NCBI GenBank assembly: GCA_965205015.1
Contig: OZ242029.1
Coordinates: 512,001 to 576,000, forward strand
Reading direction: 5' to 3'
From: Candidatus Poribacteria bacterium
Lineage (GTDB): Bacteria; Poribacteria; WGA-4E; WGA-3G
Length of the DNA stretch: 64,000 nt
Every line of letters begins with the position of its first letter. Position 1 is the stretch's first letter. Made by a program: the position numbers and the translations under genes. This document shows, piece after piece, positions 1 to 9,342 of this stretch. Under the pieces are notes generated by a model. That model was not told where the DNA came from, ran no database searches, and was given only the letters and a program-made list of their open reading frames with translations.

Positions 1-2
1 GT

Positions 3-1121
3 TCGACAGATGGTGGACATACATGGACAGAGTTTGAAATTGACACGGATAGGCACATGACCCACAGTCTTCCGGTATCCGTAGCGGCGAACGAGACGAC
101 ATTTTACAAAGCGGGTGCATCCGGTATTCATCGCACCACTGATAGCGGTAAATCGTGGCATCTATTTATGGATGGAATAGCAGGAACACGGGCAAACAAC
201 CTGATTGTTTTCAACAACAGATTATATGCCCATACCGGCTACGAAGTTTATCAATCAACAGATGAAGGTGGGACTTGGAAAAAACTTTCGATCGCCAGGG
301 AGCCTGCTACGAAGGAGACGCCGTCTGACCCCTTAAAACAGGACAGGTTAGGCGTCTATACCTCTTTCGATTCACAGTTAATGGTTGACGGTAACACACT
401 TTATTTTGTTTCACCTGAAAGGCACCTCTTGCGAATTTACCGTTTATCTGCAGACGGCAATACGCTCATCCCAGTTCAAGACTTTTCGACTTCTGATCAT
501 GAATCCGTATCTTCTCTGCCTGAAAAAGAGATGAAAGTCAAAGCGATTGTCGTCAGTAACAGTGTGTTCTACGCGGAATACAGACAAAGACTTTTCAAAC
601 GGAAACTCGGAGATCCGAAATGGACAGATACCGGACTGATAAACACTGATAAACCGCCGAATGCGAATACTGGTTTCAAGGTAGCAATTTCAGAAGAAAC
701 CGTCTACGTCGGTAAGCGAGATGGTCGACTGTTTCAATCGCTGGATAACGGAAAAAACTGGAAAGACATTACGCTGAGTCTGCCCCTTCGCTTTACGCAC
801 TTCAACGAGATCCTCTTTGTCGGTTCAACGGTTTATGTCGCAACAGACGCAGGTGTTTTGGCTTCACAAACCGGCGAACACTGGCATGTAATCACTGATA
901 ACTTCGGAGAGCGTCCCATTATAGACAAATTTGCTATAGAGGGTATCACCGTTTACAGTGCTGGCGATGCGGGCGTCTACCGTCTGGATAAACTCGGTAA
1001 ATGGAAGCAGATTTCCTCAGAAGTTTTAGGTGAAGTTATTTCGCTCGCCGTCATTAACAATCGACTCTATACCGCCATTAATGCGCGCGGGATTTTTCAT
1101 ATCTCACTCGGTGAAGAATAG
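3..1121 (+). CDS. BNR/Asp-box beta-propeller protein, 5'-partial; paralog of the C-terminal half of 9343..12267
   Basis: Frame is open from position 3 (STDGGHTW...). Repeated SxDxGxxW boxes; segments such as RLYAHTGYEVYQSTD and VYVGKRDGxLFQSLD are shared with the 9343 protein. Confidence 0.85.
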   Translation, partial: STDGGHTWTEFEIDTDRHMTHSLPVSVAANETTFYKAGASGIHRTTDSGKSWHLFMDGIAGTRANNLIVFNNRLYAHTGYEVYQSTDEGGTWKKLSIAREPATKETPSDPLKQDRLGVYTSFDSQLMVDGNTLYFVSPERHLLRIYRLSADGNTLIPVQDFSTSDHESVSSLPEKEMKVKAIVVSNSVFYAEYRQRLFKRKLGDPKWTDTGLINTDKPPNANTGFKVAISEETVYVGKRDGRLFQSLDNGKNWKDITLSLPLRFTHFNEILFVGSTVYVATDAGVLASQTGEHWHVITDNFGERPIIDKFAIEGITVYSAGDAGVYRLDKLGKWKQISSEVLGEVISLAVINNRLYTAINARGIFHISLGEE

Positions 1122-1145
1122 TTCACTTAATTTGGTATTACAGAT

Positions 1146-2087
1146 ATGGATTTCATTAAAGCACTCTCCACAGATAACTTGACCGCTATCAGAGCAGCCC
1201 CTAAAACCGACGTTCATTGCCACGCATTCTTCAGTACACGATTAGAGAATGTCGAACGTTGGATAGGGCATTCCCTAACGAAGCCACCTCCCAAGATGAA
1301 AGGGGTTGAGGGAATGATGGCGTATGCGGACGCGGTCTTAGCAGCACCCATAAAACACCGTGAAGGTTTCGAGTTTGTCGCGGTGTCAGCGATGGAGGAT
1401 GCCGTCCAAGATGGTGTTATCATGCTTGAAATGAGCTTCGACATCCGTCTGGTAGGGTTCTATCCTGACGGGGTGGCTGGGCTTTGCGCGTTTATTGAGA
1501 CATTGGTTGAGCGATATCGGGGACAGACAGATTTACGTCCAGAACTCGGCTTTTCTCGTGGAGATGCTGACGATCCGAAACTGATGACATTGGCGCACGA
1601 AGCAGTAGAATTAGGTTTTTTTCGCTCAATTGATCTCTATAGCCGTCAAGAGATCTGTCCACCTGCGGTTATGAAGCCGTTGTTTACACAAGCACGCGTA
1701 GCAGGAATGAAACTTAAAGCACACGTTGGTGAATTTGAAGACGCGGAGGAAATCCGACGAACTGTTGAAGTTCTCAATTTAGACGAGGTCCAGCACGGTA
1801 TCGCTGCCGCAGCATCGACAGAAGTTATGCGCTGGCTCTCGGAGAATCAGATACAATTAAACGTCTGTCCAACGAGCAACGTAATGTTGGACGGTGTGTC
1901 GGATCTCGCCTCACACCCGATTCGCGTTTTATATGATAACGGCGTGCCGGTGACAATCAACACGGACGATCTGATGATATTCGGTCAGAGTGTCTCCGAA
2001 GAGTATCGGAACCTCTACCGTGCAGGCGTCTTCAGCGCGCAGGAGTTAGACGATATTCGACGCGTGTCCCTTGAAGTCCTTGATTGA
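1146..2087 (+). CDS. Adenosine deaminase family metallohydrolase
   Basis: PKTDVHCH, KAHVGE, QHG, CPTSN and INTDD motifs. Confidence 0.9.
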   Translation: MDFIKALSTDNLTAIRAAPKTDVHCHAFFSTRLENVERWIGHSLTKPPPKMKGVEGMMAYADAVLAAPIKHREGFEFVAVSAMEDAVQDGVIMLEMSFDIRLVGFYPDGVAGLCAFIETLVERYRGQTDLRPELGFSRGDADDPKLMTLAHEAVELGFFRSIDLYSRQEICPPAVMKPLFTQARVAGMKLKAHVGEFEDAEEIRRTVEVLNLDEVQHGIAAAASTEVMRWLSENQIQLNVCPTSNVMLDGVSDLASHPIRVLYDNGVPVTINTDDLMIFGQSVSEEYRNLYRAGVFSAQELDDIRRVSLEVLD

Positions 2088-2126
2088 TACCCCAAAATTG
2101 GGAGGATACTTCTAAACTTGCTATGG

Positions 2127-3206
2127 TTACTCAACCCTGGGTTGTCTTGCAGTTGGGTTTCTTTGTAAACGGACTTTTGAGTCTTTCAACGGAAGTTCAA
2201 TACGTGCACCGTTGTGTAGATGTGATTCAATGATGCCAAAAATCAGTTCCGTGCTGGCATACGCGCACCGGACCCCGCCTCGGGTCGGTTCACCTGTATC
2301 TAATGCGTGAACAAGGTCTTTAACCAAGTTGGCTGTGCTACTGGTACGTTCAAATTCAGGAAAAGTTTCAGGTACCTGACATGCCCGCCACCCCGGTACA
2401 TCTTGCTGTTTACGGAGATGCCACTGCCAACCGTTGTTCCAGCACGTAACGGTTCCACTATCACAAATTGCTTCCCATTCACTACTGCGTGGGGTTAGCA
2501 GCGCATGTGCCGTCACACCATTTTCAAACTGGATCGTTCCCCCGCCAGACGGATCAACTCGCAGTTCATCGCCATCAAAAACCGAATCGCCTTGTGGTAG
2601 ATAGCCTGTGATCCAACTCGCAGACGCATCACTATTCAAACGTAAAATTAGGTCGAAGTGATGGCTGGCTGAGTTGAAAAGTGTGCCGTTTGAATAGATA
2701 ATCAAGGTGCGTAGATTACCGATTTCACCACTGTCAATGACCTCTTTCATCTTGTCGAAACCTGTATGCCACCGGCGATTCGTGCCGAGGTTAAAGGCAA
2801 CGTTGTTTTCTTCTACCGCCGATACCATTGCGGCTGCCTCGTCCATAGAAGCCGCCATCGCCTTTTCTGCATAGATGGCTTTCACACCGTGTTCCGCTGC
2901 GTAAATAACAATTTCGGCGCGATGCTCGGGTTGTGTGGCAACGCTGACGATATCAGGCTGTTCTTTTTCCAGCATGTCACGATAATCGGTGTATTGATTC
3001 GCTTTTGGAACATTATATCGGTTCCCAAAATGTTCCATAACTTCTGGACGCAGATCCGCACATGCGACAAGGTCGGTTCGCTCTTCGGCAAAAAAGCCTG
3101 CAGCATGGGAATACGGTAACATAATCGCTTCGTAATCGGGGACTTCGTTATCAATAAATGCCCCCATCCGGCTACAACCGATAACAGCAGCACGATACGT
3201 TTTCAT
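2127..3206 (-). CDS. Gfo/Idh/MocA family oxidoreductase
   Basis: N-terminal Rossmann motif VIGCSRMG, AEKAMA motif; start moved to ATG 3206 behind a GAGGAG RBS. Confidence 0.9.
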   Translation of the reverse strand: MKTYRAAVIGCSRMGAFIDNEVPDYEAIMLPYSHAAGFFAEERTDLVACADLRPEVMEHFGNRYNVPKANQYTDYRDMLEKEQPDIVSVATQPEHRAEIVIYAAEHGVKAIYAEKAMAASMDEAAAMVSAVEENNVAFNLGTNRRWHTGFDKMKEVIDSGEIGNLRTLIIYSNGTLFNSASHHFDLILRLNSDASASWITGYLPQGDSVFDGDELRVDPSGGGTIQFENGVTAHALLTPRSSEWEAICDSGTVTCWNNGWQWHLRKQQDVPGWRACQVPETFPEFERTSSTANLVKDLVHALDTGEPTRGGVRCAYASTELIFGIIESHLHNGARIELPLKDSKVRLQRNPTARQPRVE

Positions 3207-3467
3207 CGGTATTCTCCTCATCCTGAATAAAATAATTTGATAGGTCCTTCCACCGCGTTCGATCAATCGCTCACTCATCAGAAGAATAACCAATTTCCGA
3301 AAACACGTCAAGAAAAATCAGCACATCGTTCACATGATGCCTCCTAAAGTGCATCCAAAATTGTATGTAGATGAAACATTATCACGTTTTAGCAGAGCCT
3401 TAACAAACGTTTCTTTGAATCATTCGCAAAAATTTGAAGCGATTCGGGGTAGACAACACAAAGGGAA

Positions 3468-4679
3468 TTGAAGCCTATGGCAATGTCTGTTTACGCTGGC
3501 ACAACTTTAAGTGAAGCAGAAAAGATTATCGCAGGCGATTACTCGGCTTTTGATTGGCGGGAGCACGTCACCTATAGCAGGGTTTACCTCGATATGAATC
3601 CAGCGATTCGGGATGCCGAAAACGCCGTTGACACCGACCAAGACAAACCCGTTGTTGTCGCACTGCTGCTCAAATCAGAGAAGATGCTCGTCAAAGACCG
3701 AGTCAGACGTCTCAGTGCGATCAAAGCCGCACGCATTATACCGGACGAGGAACTCCTCAAACGGACAGGCTATCTCTTCGATAACGAAAAATTGATCGGA
3801 CTTCCCGAAGGTATCGTGATGCGTGCCAGCAACGGTGTTTACATCGTGCAGTGCGATGCGGATCAATATCAATGTTCGCTACGCGGAAAACGAGATGCCT
3901 TTAGCACAAATCAGCAGGTTTATGTTGGGGACCGCGTCAAAATTCAGGTGATTGATGAAACGCATGGCACGATTGCAGCCGTTATGCGCCGCAAGAGCCA
4001 ATATAAACGAAAGGGAACGCAGTCCAAACGGGTTATTCTTATTCCAAATCTCGATGGGCTTGTCATCGTTTCTTCTGTAAAAGAACCGCCCATCTGGCAA
4101 CGCATGCTGGACGGATTCCTTGTTATCGCCGAGGCATCCGGAATTGAACCGCTTATCTGTTTCAATAAAATTGATATGCTCGAAAATCGATTGGAAGTGG
4201 AGTCGATAGCAACAGTTTACCAAAAAATCGGTTATCGGACACTCCTCACGAGTGCGACGACCGGCGAGGGAATCGAGGACTTGAAAGCGTGGATGAAAGG
4301 GAAAATTTCGGCATTCACAGGATTATCGGGAGTCGGAAAATCTTCGCTCCTGAATGCCATTCAGCCCAATTTGAAACTGAAAACGAACACAGTGAATCCG
4401 AGACGAGGCGGAAGACACACGACGGTTGCAACCCAACTTTACAATTTGGATTTCGGCGGTTTTATCGCCGATACACCGGGGCTGCGAGAATTAAACTTTT
4501 GGGACATCGAGCCGCGCTTGATGGACCGCTATTTTCCAGAGATGAACTCACTCCGAGAGCATTGCACTAACAGCTCCTGCGGGCATATTGATGAGAAAGG
4601 CTGTCGCGTGGAAGATGCCCTGAAAAAAGGGGACATCTCACAGTCTCGGTATGAAAGTTACCGTGAATTTCGAAAATAG
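3468..4679 (+). CDS. rsgA: Ribosome small subunit-dependent GTPase A with a ~110-aa N-terminal extension
   Basis: OB-fold VGDRV, circularly permuted NKID / GLSGVGKSS / GRHTT / DTPG, C-terminal CxxxxCxHxxExxC zinc site. Confidence 0.93.
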   Translation: MKPMAMSVYAGTTLSEAEKIIAGDYSAFDWREHVTYSRVYLDMNPAIRDAENAVDTDQDKPVVVALLLKSEKMLVKDRVRRLSAIKAARIIPDEELLKRTGYLFDNEKLIGLPEGIVMRASNGVYIVQCDADQYQCSLRGKRDAFSTNQQVYVGDRVKIQVIDETHGTIAAVMRRKSQYKRKGTQSKRVILIPNLDGLVIVSSVKEPPIWQRMLDGFLVIAEASGIEPLICFNKIDMLENRLEVESIATVYQKIGYRTLLTSATTGEGIEDLKAWMKGKISAFTGLSGVGKSSLLNAIQPNLKLKTNTVNPRRGGRHTTVATQLYNLDFGGFIADTPGLRELNFWDIEPRLMDRYFPEMNSLREHCTNSSCGHIDEKGCRVEDALKKGDISQSRYESYREFRK

Positions 4680-4724
4680 AGCGATTAGTATAAACACAAG
4701 AGGTTTGGACTTCCCTCCGCGCTG

Positions 4725-4744
4725 GCGAGGTTTCCTAACCTCGC
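4725..4744. repeat. REP-like palindrome GCGAGGTTTCCTAACCTCGC, copy 1
   Basis: Identical hairpin at 8956-8977 and 31324-31347. Confidence 0.85.
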
Positions 4745-4766
4745 AACTATCATTGGTGATTACGGA

Positions 4767-5480
4767 GTGAAATCTGTGAGTGAAAAATTATGTATCATGA
4801 CGGCTTACGCCGACGAAACACATACACTCCTGAACGTCTTGGGTCAGGAGGTTGGGGATTCGGTTGACTGGAACAGTAGACTCCAGTTTGAAGGGTCGGA
4901 TGGAGACAAAAAATGGGTCGTCATGCAGTCAGGGATGGGCAAAGTCCGCGCGGCATCGATGTGCCAAATGATAATAGACACATATCAGGTAGACACCTTC
5001 TTTGAGTTCGGATTTGCCGGTGGATTGGTCGATACCCTGGATATCGGAGACATCGTCGTGATTACGGGTGTCTCTGAACACGACGTGCCGAATCGATCAG
5101 AAATTCAGCGCGAGCAAGATGAATGGAGAGCGCGTCTTTTTCAGGCTTCTGCACCTTCAATAAGCACATTCGCAACTACCTTATCAACGGATCCCAATGT
5201 TACAATTACAAAAGCCCCTGTAATCTGCGGAGATATGGACGTATATAACCGTGCAGTGAGGGACAAAATCGCAGTAGAGAGTGGAGCCGTCGCAGTGAAT
5301 TGGGAATCGTCGGCGATTGTGGATGTCTGCGCGCTTAACAACGTCAAATACGTCGGCATCCGCGTCATATCCGATCTGTGTATCGAAGAGGATAGCGGAC
5401 CTATCCCAAAGGAACGGATTGAACGCTTGCATGAATCAACCAAAACTTACGTAAATGCTTTAGTGGATTTCAATAATTGA
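4767..5480 (+). CDS. mtnN: MTA/SAH nucleosidase (PNP_UDP_1 family)
   Basis: SGMGKVRAA, GFAGGL...IGDIVV, (W)ESSA, IRVISD motifs. Confidence 0.8.
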   Translation: MKSVSEKLCIMTAYADETHTLLNVLGQEVGDSVDWNSRLQFEGSDGDKKWVVMQSGMGKVRAASMCQMIIDTYQVDTFFEFGFAGGLVDTLDIGDIVVITGVSEHDVPNRSEIQREQDEWRARLFQASAPSISTFATTLSTDPNVTITKAPVICGDMDVYNRAVRDKIAVESGAVAVNWESSAIVDVCALNNVKYVGIRVISDLCIEEDSGPIPKERIERLHESTKTYVNALVDFNN

Positions 5481-5525
5481 TTTGGTACAAGTCGCTTTAG
5501 AATTTCGATTTAGACAACTGTGAAT

Positions 5526-5554
5526 TTGACATCCATCTCACATTATGATAGGAT
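5526..5554 (+). promoter_or_regulatory. Sigma70-type promoter
   Basis: TTGACA-17 nt-TAGGAT with extended TG, upstream of an AGGAGG RBS and ATG 5600. Confidence 0.65.
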
Positions 5555-5599
5555 ACGGCATTAGCGATAGAACCAACCAGCGATTAGGAGGAATACCAC

Positions 5600-7936
5600 A
5601 TGCGATGCCCAACAAATCGAGACAACACTCTTGCCAAAAAAGGAGTTCGCAGTCCACTTTACTTGATACTTATCAGTTGGATGCTGTTTTCAGTTGTTAT
5701 TTCCGTAGGTTTCACCGATGAATTGAGCCTCGTTACTGAAGTGGAGTTTCAACCCTTTGCATCAGCGACCCAACGACTCATTGAGGCGTTGGATTATCTC
5801 GGTTCACCCCTCTCTGAAGAAGACCTTTCAATAATCAAGGAAGCCTTGATCTCCGATGATCACACACAGGCGATTGTTGATATCCAAAAAACGCTTGACG
5901 CATACTGTTTAGCAGGTGTCAATATCAATCCTGAAAGCCGCGTGAAGGTGAAGGAAGGTCCGGTAGACAAGGAACTGATGCAGCGGGGTTGGCGCACCTT
6001 TTTAGTAAAAGTCCACAACGAGGCCGGCGTGACAGCCCCCTTAGCCGCAGAGAGTGGGAACGCGGCGCCCCTATATAAGCGTTCCACTGGAAGGCCTGAC
6101 CCAGAGATGACTGTACCAAAAAGCGATATTCCGCACCGGTTTCTCGATATTGTGGTCTATTCTAACCCGCCCTTGAAGGCGAGCCTTTCCGGACTGGAAT
6201 TGGAATATCGTATTGTTCAACTCTATAGCCGCGATGCCGGCAAACGGGAAGCGATGCTCGGTTTCAACGTCGGTCAAGGGACCCAAGACATCGGCTTCCG
6301 CAGCGAAGTTCCTATCCTATTCGACTGTGTACCGGCGGTAAACGTAACGCTTGAAGTCTTGGACTTCGACGGAAAACCGACAACCGCGGGTTTTATCATT
6401 CGAGACGAATTGAACCGCGTGTATCCATCGCGCGGGCGACGCTTGGCACCCGATTTCTTTTTTCATAACCAAATCTATCGGCACAACGGCGAATCGGTGC
6501 TTCTACCACCCGGAAAATATAAGGTCGAGTACACACGAGGACCGGAATACCGAGTCAAGACCCAAACCATTACCGTCCCGAATACCGAAACACATCAAGA
6601 GACATTTCATTTGGAAAGATGGATCCATATCGCAGCGGAAGGCTGGCGTTCCGGGGATCATCACGTCCATGCCGCGGGTTGCGCCCACTACGAAAGCCCT
6701 ACCGAGGGTGTCACACCGGAAGACATGATGCGACACATTCTCGGAGAGGATCTCAACGTCGGGTGCGTCCTCTCGTGGGGACCCTGTTGGTATTACCAGA
6801 AGCAGTTTTTCGAGGGCAAAATCCACGAACTCTCGACCGATGACTACGTGATCCGCTACGATGTGGAGGTTTCCGGCTTCCCTTCCTCACACGCAGGACA
6901 TCTCTCGTTGCTTGCCTTGACTGAAGACGACTACAACGGTACCGAGCGCATTGAAGAATGGCCGAGTTGGGACCTCCCCATCCTCCAATGGGCGAAAGAA
7001 CAGGGCGCGGTAACGGGCTTCAGTCACAGCGGTTGGGGTTTGAAAGTGGATGGAGACGAGCTCCCCAATTACAACATGCCCCCTTTCGATGGCATCGGTG
7101 CTAACGAGTATATCGTGGATGTCGTTCACGACGTTGTTGATTTCATCTCTACTGTAGACACACCCGCTATTTGGGAATTGAGTATCTGGTATCATACCCT
7201 GAACTGTGGTTTCCGCACTCGAATCAGTGGCGAGACGGATTTCCCTTGCATCTACGGTGAACGCGTCGGATTAGGTCGCATATACGTAAAAATGCCTGCG
7301 GGTTCCCTTGATTTCGATGCGTGGGCAGCAGGATTGCGAGACGGGCGTTCCTACGTCGGCGACGGTAAAAGCCATCTGCTGGACTTCACTGTCGGTGGTG
7401 TGCCAGTTGGCGAAAAGTCACCGACCGGACAACTCAGTCAGTTGGATCTGGAAGCACCCAACACAGTAACCATCACCGCTCGCGTCGCCGCACGGCTCAA
7501 TGAAGCACCTAAGCCTGAGATACAGAACCGTCCGTTGGATCAAAAACCGTACTGGGATATCGAACGGGCACGCATTGCGGAAGAACGGAAAGTGCCTGTT
7601 GAACTCATCGTCAACGGTGAATCCGTCGAGACGCAAGAAATTGTGGCTAACGGTGAAATCATTCCTATTCAATTTGAGGCACCCATTGATAGGTCGAGTT
7701 GGGTGGCGTTACGGATTTTCCCCTCGTCTCATACGAATCCGGTTTTCGTTATTGTCGATGGAAAGCCGATCCGAGCCAGTCGTAGAAGCGCGCAGTGGTG
7801 TTTGGAGGCAGTCGAAGTCTGCTGGAACGCAAAGGTTGATCGCATTCGAGAGGAGGAACGCGAAGCCGCCCGTACGGCATACAACGTAGCATCGCAGACA
7901 TATCAAAAGATTCTCGAAGAATCCGATGTAGACTGA
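5600..7936 (+). CDS. CehA/McbA-family (PHP-like) metallohydrolase, probably exported
   Basis: Hydrophobic N-terminus, RGPEY, WRSGDHHVH, SHSGWG, SGETDFPC motifs. Confidence 0.8.
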   Translation: MRCPTNRDNTLAKKGVRSPLYLILISWMLFSVVISVGFTDELSLVTEVEFQPFASATQRLIEALDYLGSPLSEEDLSIIKEALISDDHTQAIVDIQKTLDAYCLAGVNINPESRVKVKEGPVDKELMQRGWRTFLVKVHNEAGVTAPLAAESGNAAPLYKRSTGRPDPEMTVPKSDIPHRFLDIVVYSNPPLKASLSGLELEYRIVQLYSRDAGKREAMLGFNVGQGTQDIGFRSEVPILFDCVPAVNVTLEVLDFDGKPTTAGFIIRDELNRVYPSRGRRLAPDFFFHNQIYRHNGESVLLPPGKYKVEYTRGPEYRVKTQTITVPNTETHQETFHLERWIHIAAEGWRSGDHHVHAAGCAHYESPTEGVTPEDMMRHILGEDLNVGCVLSWGPCWYYQKQFFEGKIHELSTDDYVIRYDVEVSGFPSSHAGHLSLLALTEDDYNGTERIEEWPSWDLPILQWAKEQGAVTGFSHSGWGLKVDGDELPNYNMPPFDGIGANEYIVDVVHDVVDFISTVDTPAIWELSIWYHTLNCGFRTRISGETDFPCIYGERVGLGRIYVKMPAGSLDFDAWAAGLRDGRSYVGDGKSHLLDFTVGGVPVGEKSPTGQLSQLDLEAPNTVTITARVAARLNEAPKPEIQNRPLDQKPYWDIERARIAEERKVPVELIVNGESVETQEIVANGEIIPIQFEAPIDRSSWVALRIFPSSHTNPVFVIVDGKPIRASRRSAQWCLEAVEVCWNAKVDRIREEEREAARTAYNVASQTYQKILEESDVD

Positions 7937-8044
7937 ACCTTTGTAGGGAAAGCGCGTAAGCCCAACCAACGGGCCGGGCTGGATATACGGAACGAACCGA
8001 CTTCTACACAGCCGGGTCCCAACGAACCGCAAGGAAATTAAAAA

Positions 8045-8812
8045 ATGAAACTTACATCCCAAGAGGTCGAACAATTCAGACATGTAGGCTATCTCAACAT
8101 AGAAAAACGACTCATCGACGACGCACACCTTACCGTTTTACGCGAACATTACGACGCGCTGTTCGCAGAGAAACGCGATACCATCGGTGAGGGGTTGCGT
8201 AACCTCGCAGTCGTCGGGGAATCGGAAAGCGATGAAGACGCCGATCGCGCCGAAGAGATGTTGCAGATCATGGAGATGTGGCGTTTGGATGAAGAATATC
8301 GGAATCTACTCTACCATGAACCGCTGTTAGACATCGCAGAGAGTTTAATCGGACCCGACATCCAATTATTCCACGATCAGGCGCTCTACAAACCCGCCTA
8401 TCACGGTGGTGAAGTGTATTGGCATCAGGATAATGCATATTGGCAATGTGATCCGCCCCATCTCGTGAGCATCTGGATAGCTCTTGATGATGCCGACGAG
8501 GAAAACGGTTGTATGAACGTTATTCCCGGCAGTTATTTAGAAGGATTGGCGGCGCATGGACGTGCCGAGTCAGAGAAAGGTAAATTGCCGGCGTTGTTGG
8601 AGGTAAATGCCGATGCGGATCGTGCGGTGCCAGTGCCAGTTAAAGCCGGATGCGGGATGGTTCACCACTGCATGACGCTCCACCAAACCGACCCGAACCG
8701 TTCATCCCGAGACCGCCGGGCGATGGTCCTCCATTACATGCCATCGGGCACGCGAAATCGCGATGGTGAGGTGATGAAAGACCATCCGTTGTTACGCGGC
8801 AAGTTGGCATAG
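8045..8812 (+). CDS. Phytanoyl-CoA dioxygenase (PhyH) family protein
   Basis: YKP...WHQD, WIALDD...NGCM..IPGS, H...LH, RRA motifs. Confidence 0.92.
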   Translation: MKLTSQEVEQFRHVGYLNIEKRLIDDAHLTVLREHYDALFAEKRDTIGEGLRNLAVVGESESDEDADRAEEMLQIMEMWRLDEEYRNLLYHEPLLDIAESLIGPDIQLFHDQALYKPAYHGGEVYWHQDNAYWQCDPPHLVSIWIALDDADEENGCMNVIPGSYLEGLAAHGRAESEKGKLPALLEVNADADRAVPVPVKAGCGMVHHCMTLHQTDPNRSSRDRRAMVLHYMPSGTRNRDGEVMKDHPLLRGKLA

Positions 8813-8918
8813 ACAAGGTTGCTACAACTTCCCATAGAACCCAGTAGAAAAGGTCCCTCACGGCGACGGCAACCCCCTATTTCCTGAACTGTCTTGCATG
8901 CTTCCAGTTTCCGGTATT

Positions 8919-8977
8919 TATGGTAAACTTTAGAATTAATCAGACCCTCTCAGTCGGCGAGGTTTCCTAACCTCGCC
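8919..8977. repeat. REP palindrome copy 2 with one MITE-like end
   Basis: GGCGAGGTTTCCTAACCTCGCC at 8956-8977; 8919-8940 is a near reverse complement of 31362-31383. Confidence 0.75.
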
Positions 8978-9198
8978 AACTCCTACACCAAAACACAAGC
9001 ACGAAATAACACGCCGCCTTCCGTGTAGCGGATGCACGACGTATAACGCTACATTATTGCCCGCAAATGCCTTTCAATGACAGCCCCTGTGTGGCACCCC
9101 AAACTTTGACTTATCTCCCACTGCAAAACCTGATCCCGCACAACAAGGGCTAAAAATCCCACACGTCTTTCCATTTTTTAAATTATGTTTAAATATTA

Positions 9199-9231
9199 TG
9201 TAAGTTTTCTGCATAGGAATTCGTCTTTAAT
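9199..9231 (+). promoter_or_regulatory. Putative ECF-type promoter
   Basis: TGTAAG-17 nt-CGTC; the same motif recurs at 13466 and 29916, each upstream of a sigma gene. Confidence 0.55.
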
Positions 9232-9342
9232 ATATAAAGGGCATGAACCGTATCGCAACGCTTAATTTACAAGACACCGCATTCGATGAAGCCACTTGAC
9301 AGATGTAAACACGACTGAATCTGTTGATTGGGAGGGATTCGC

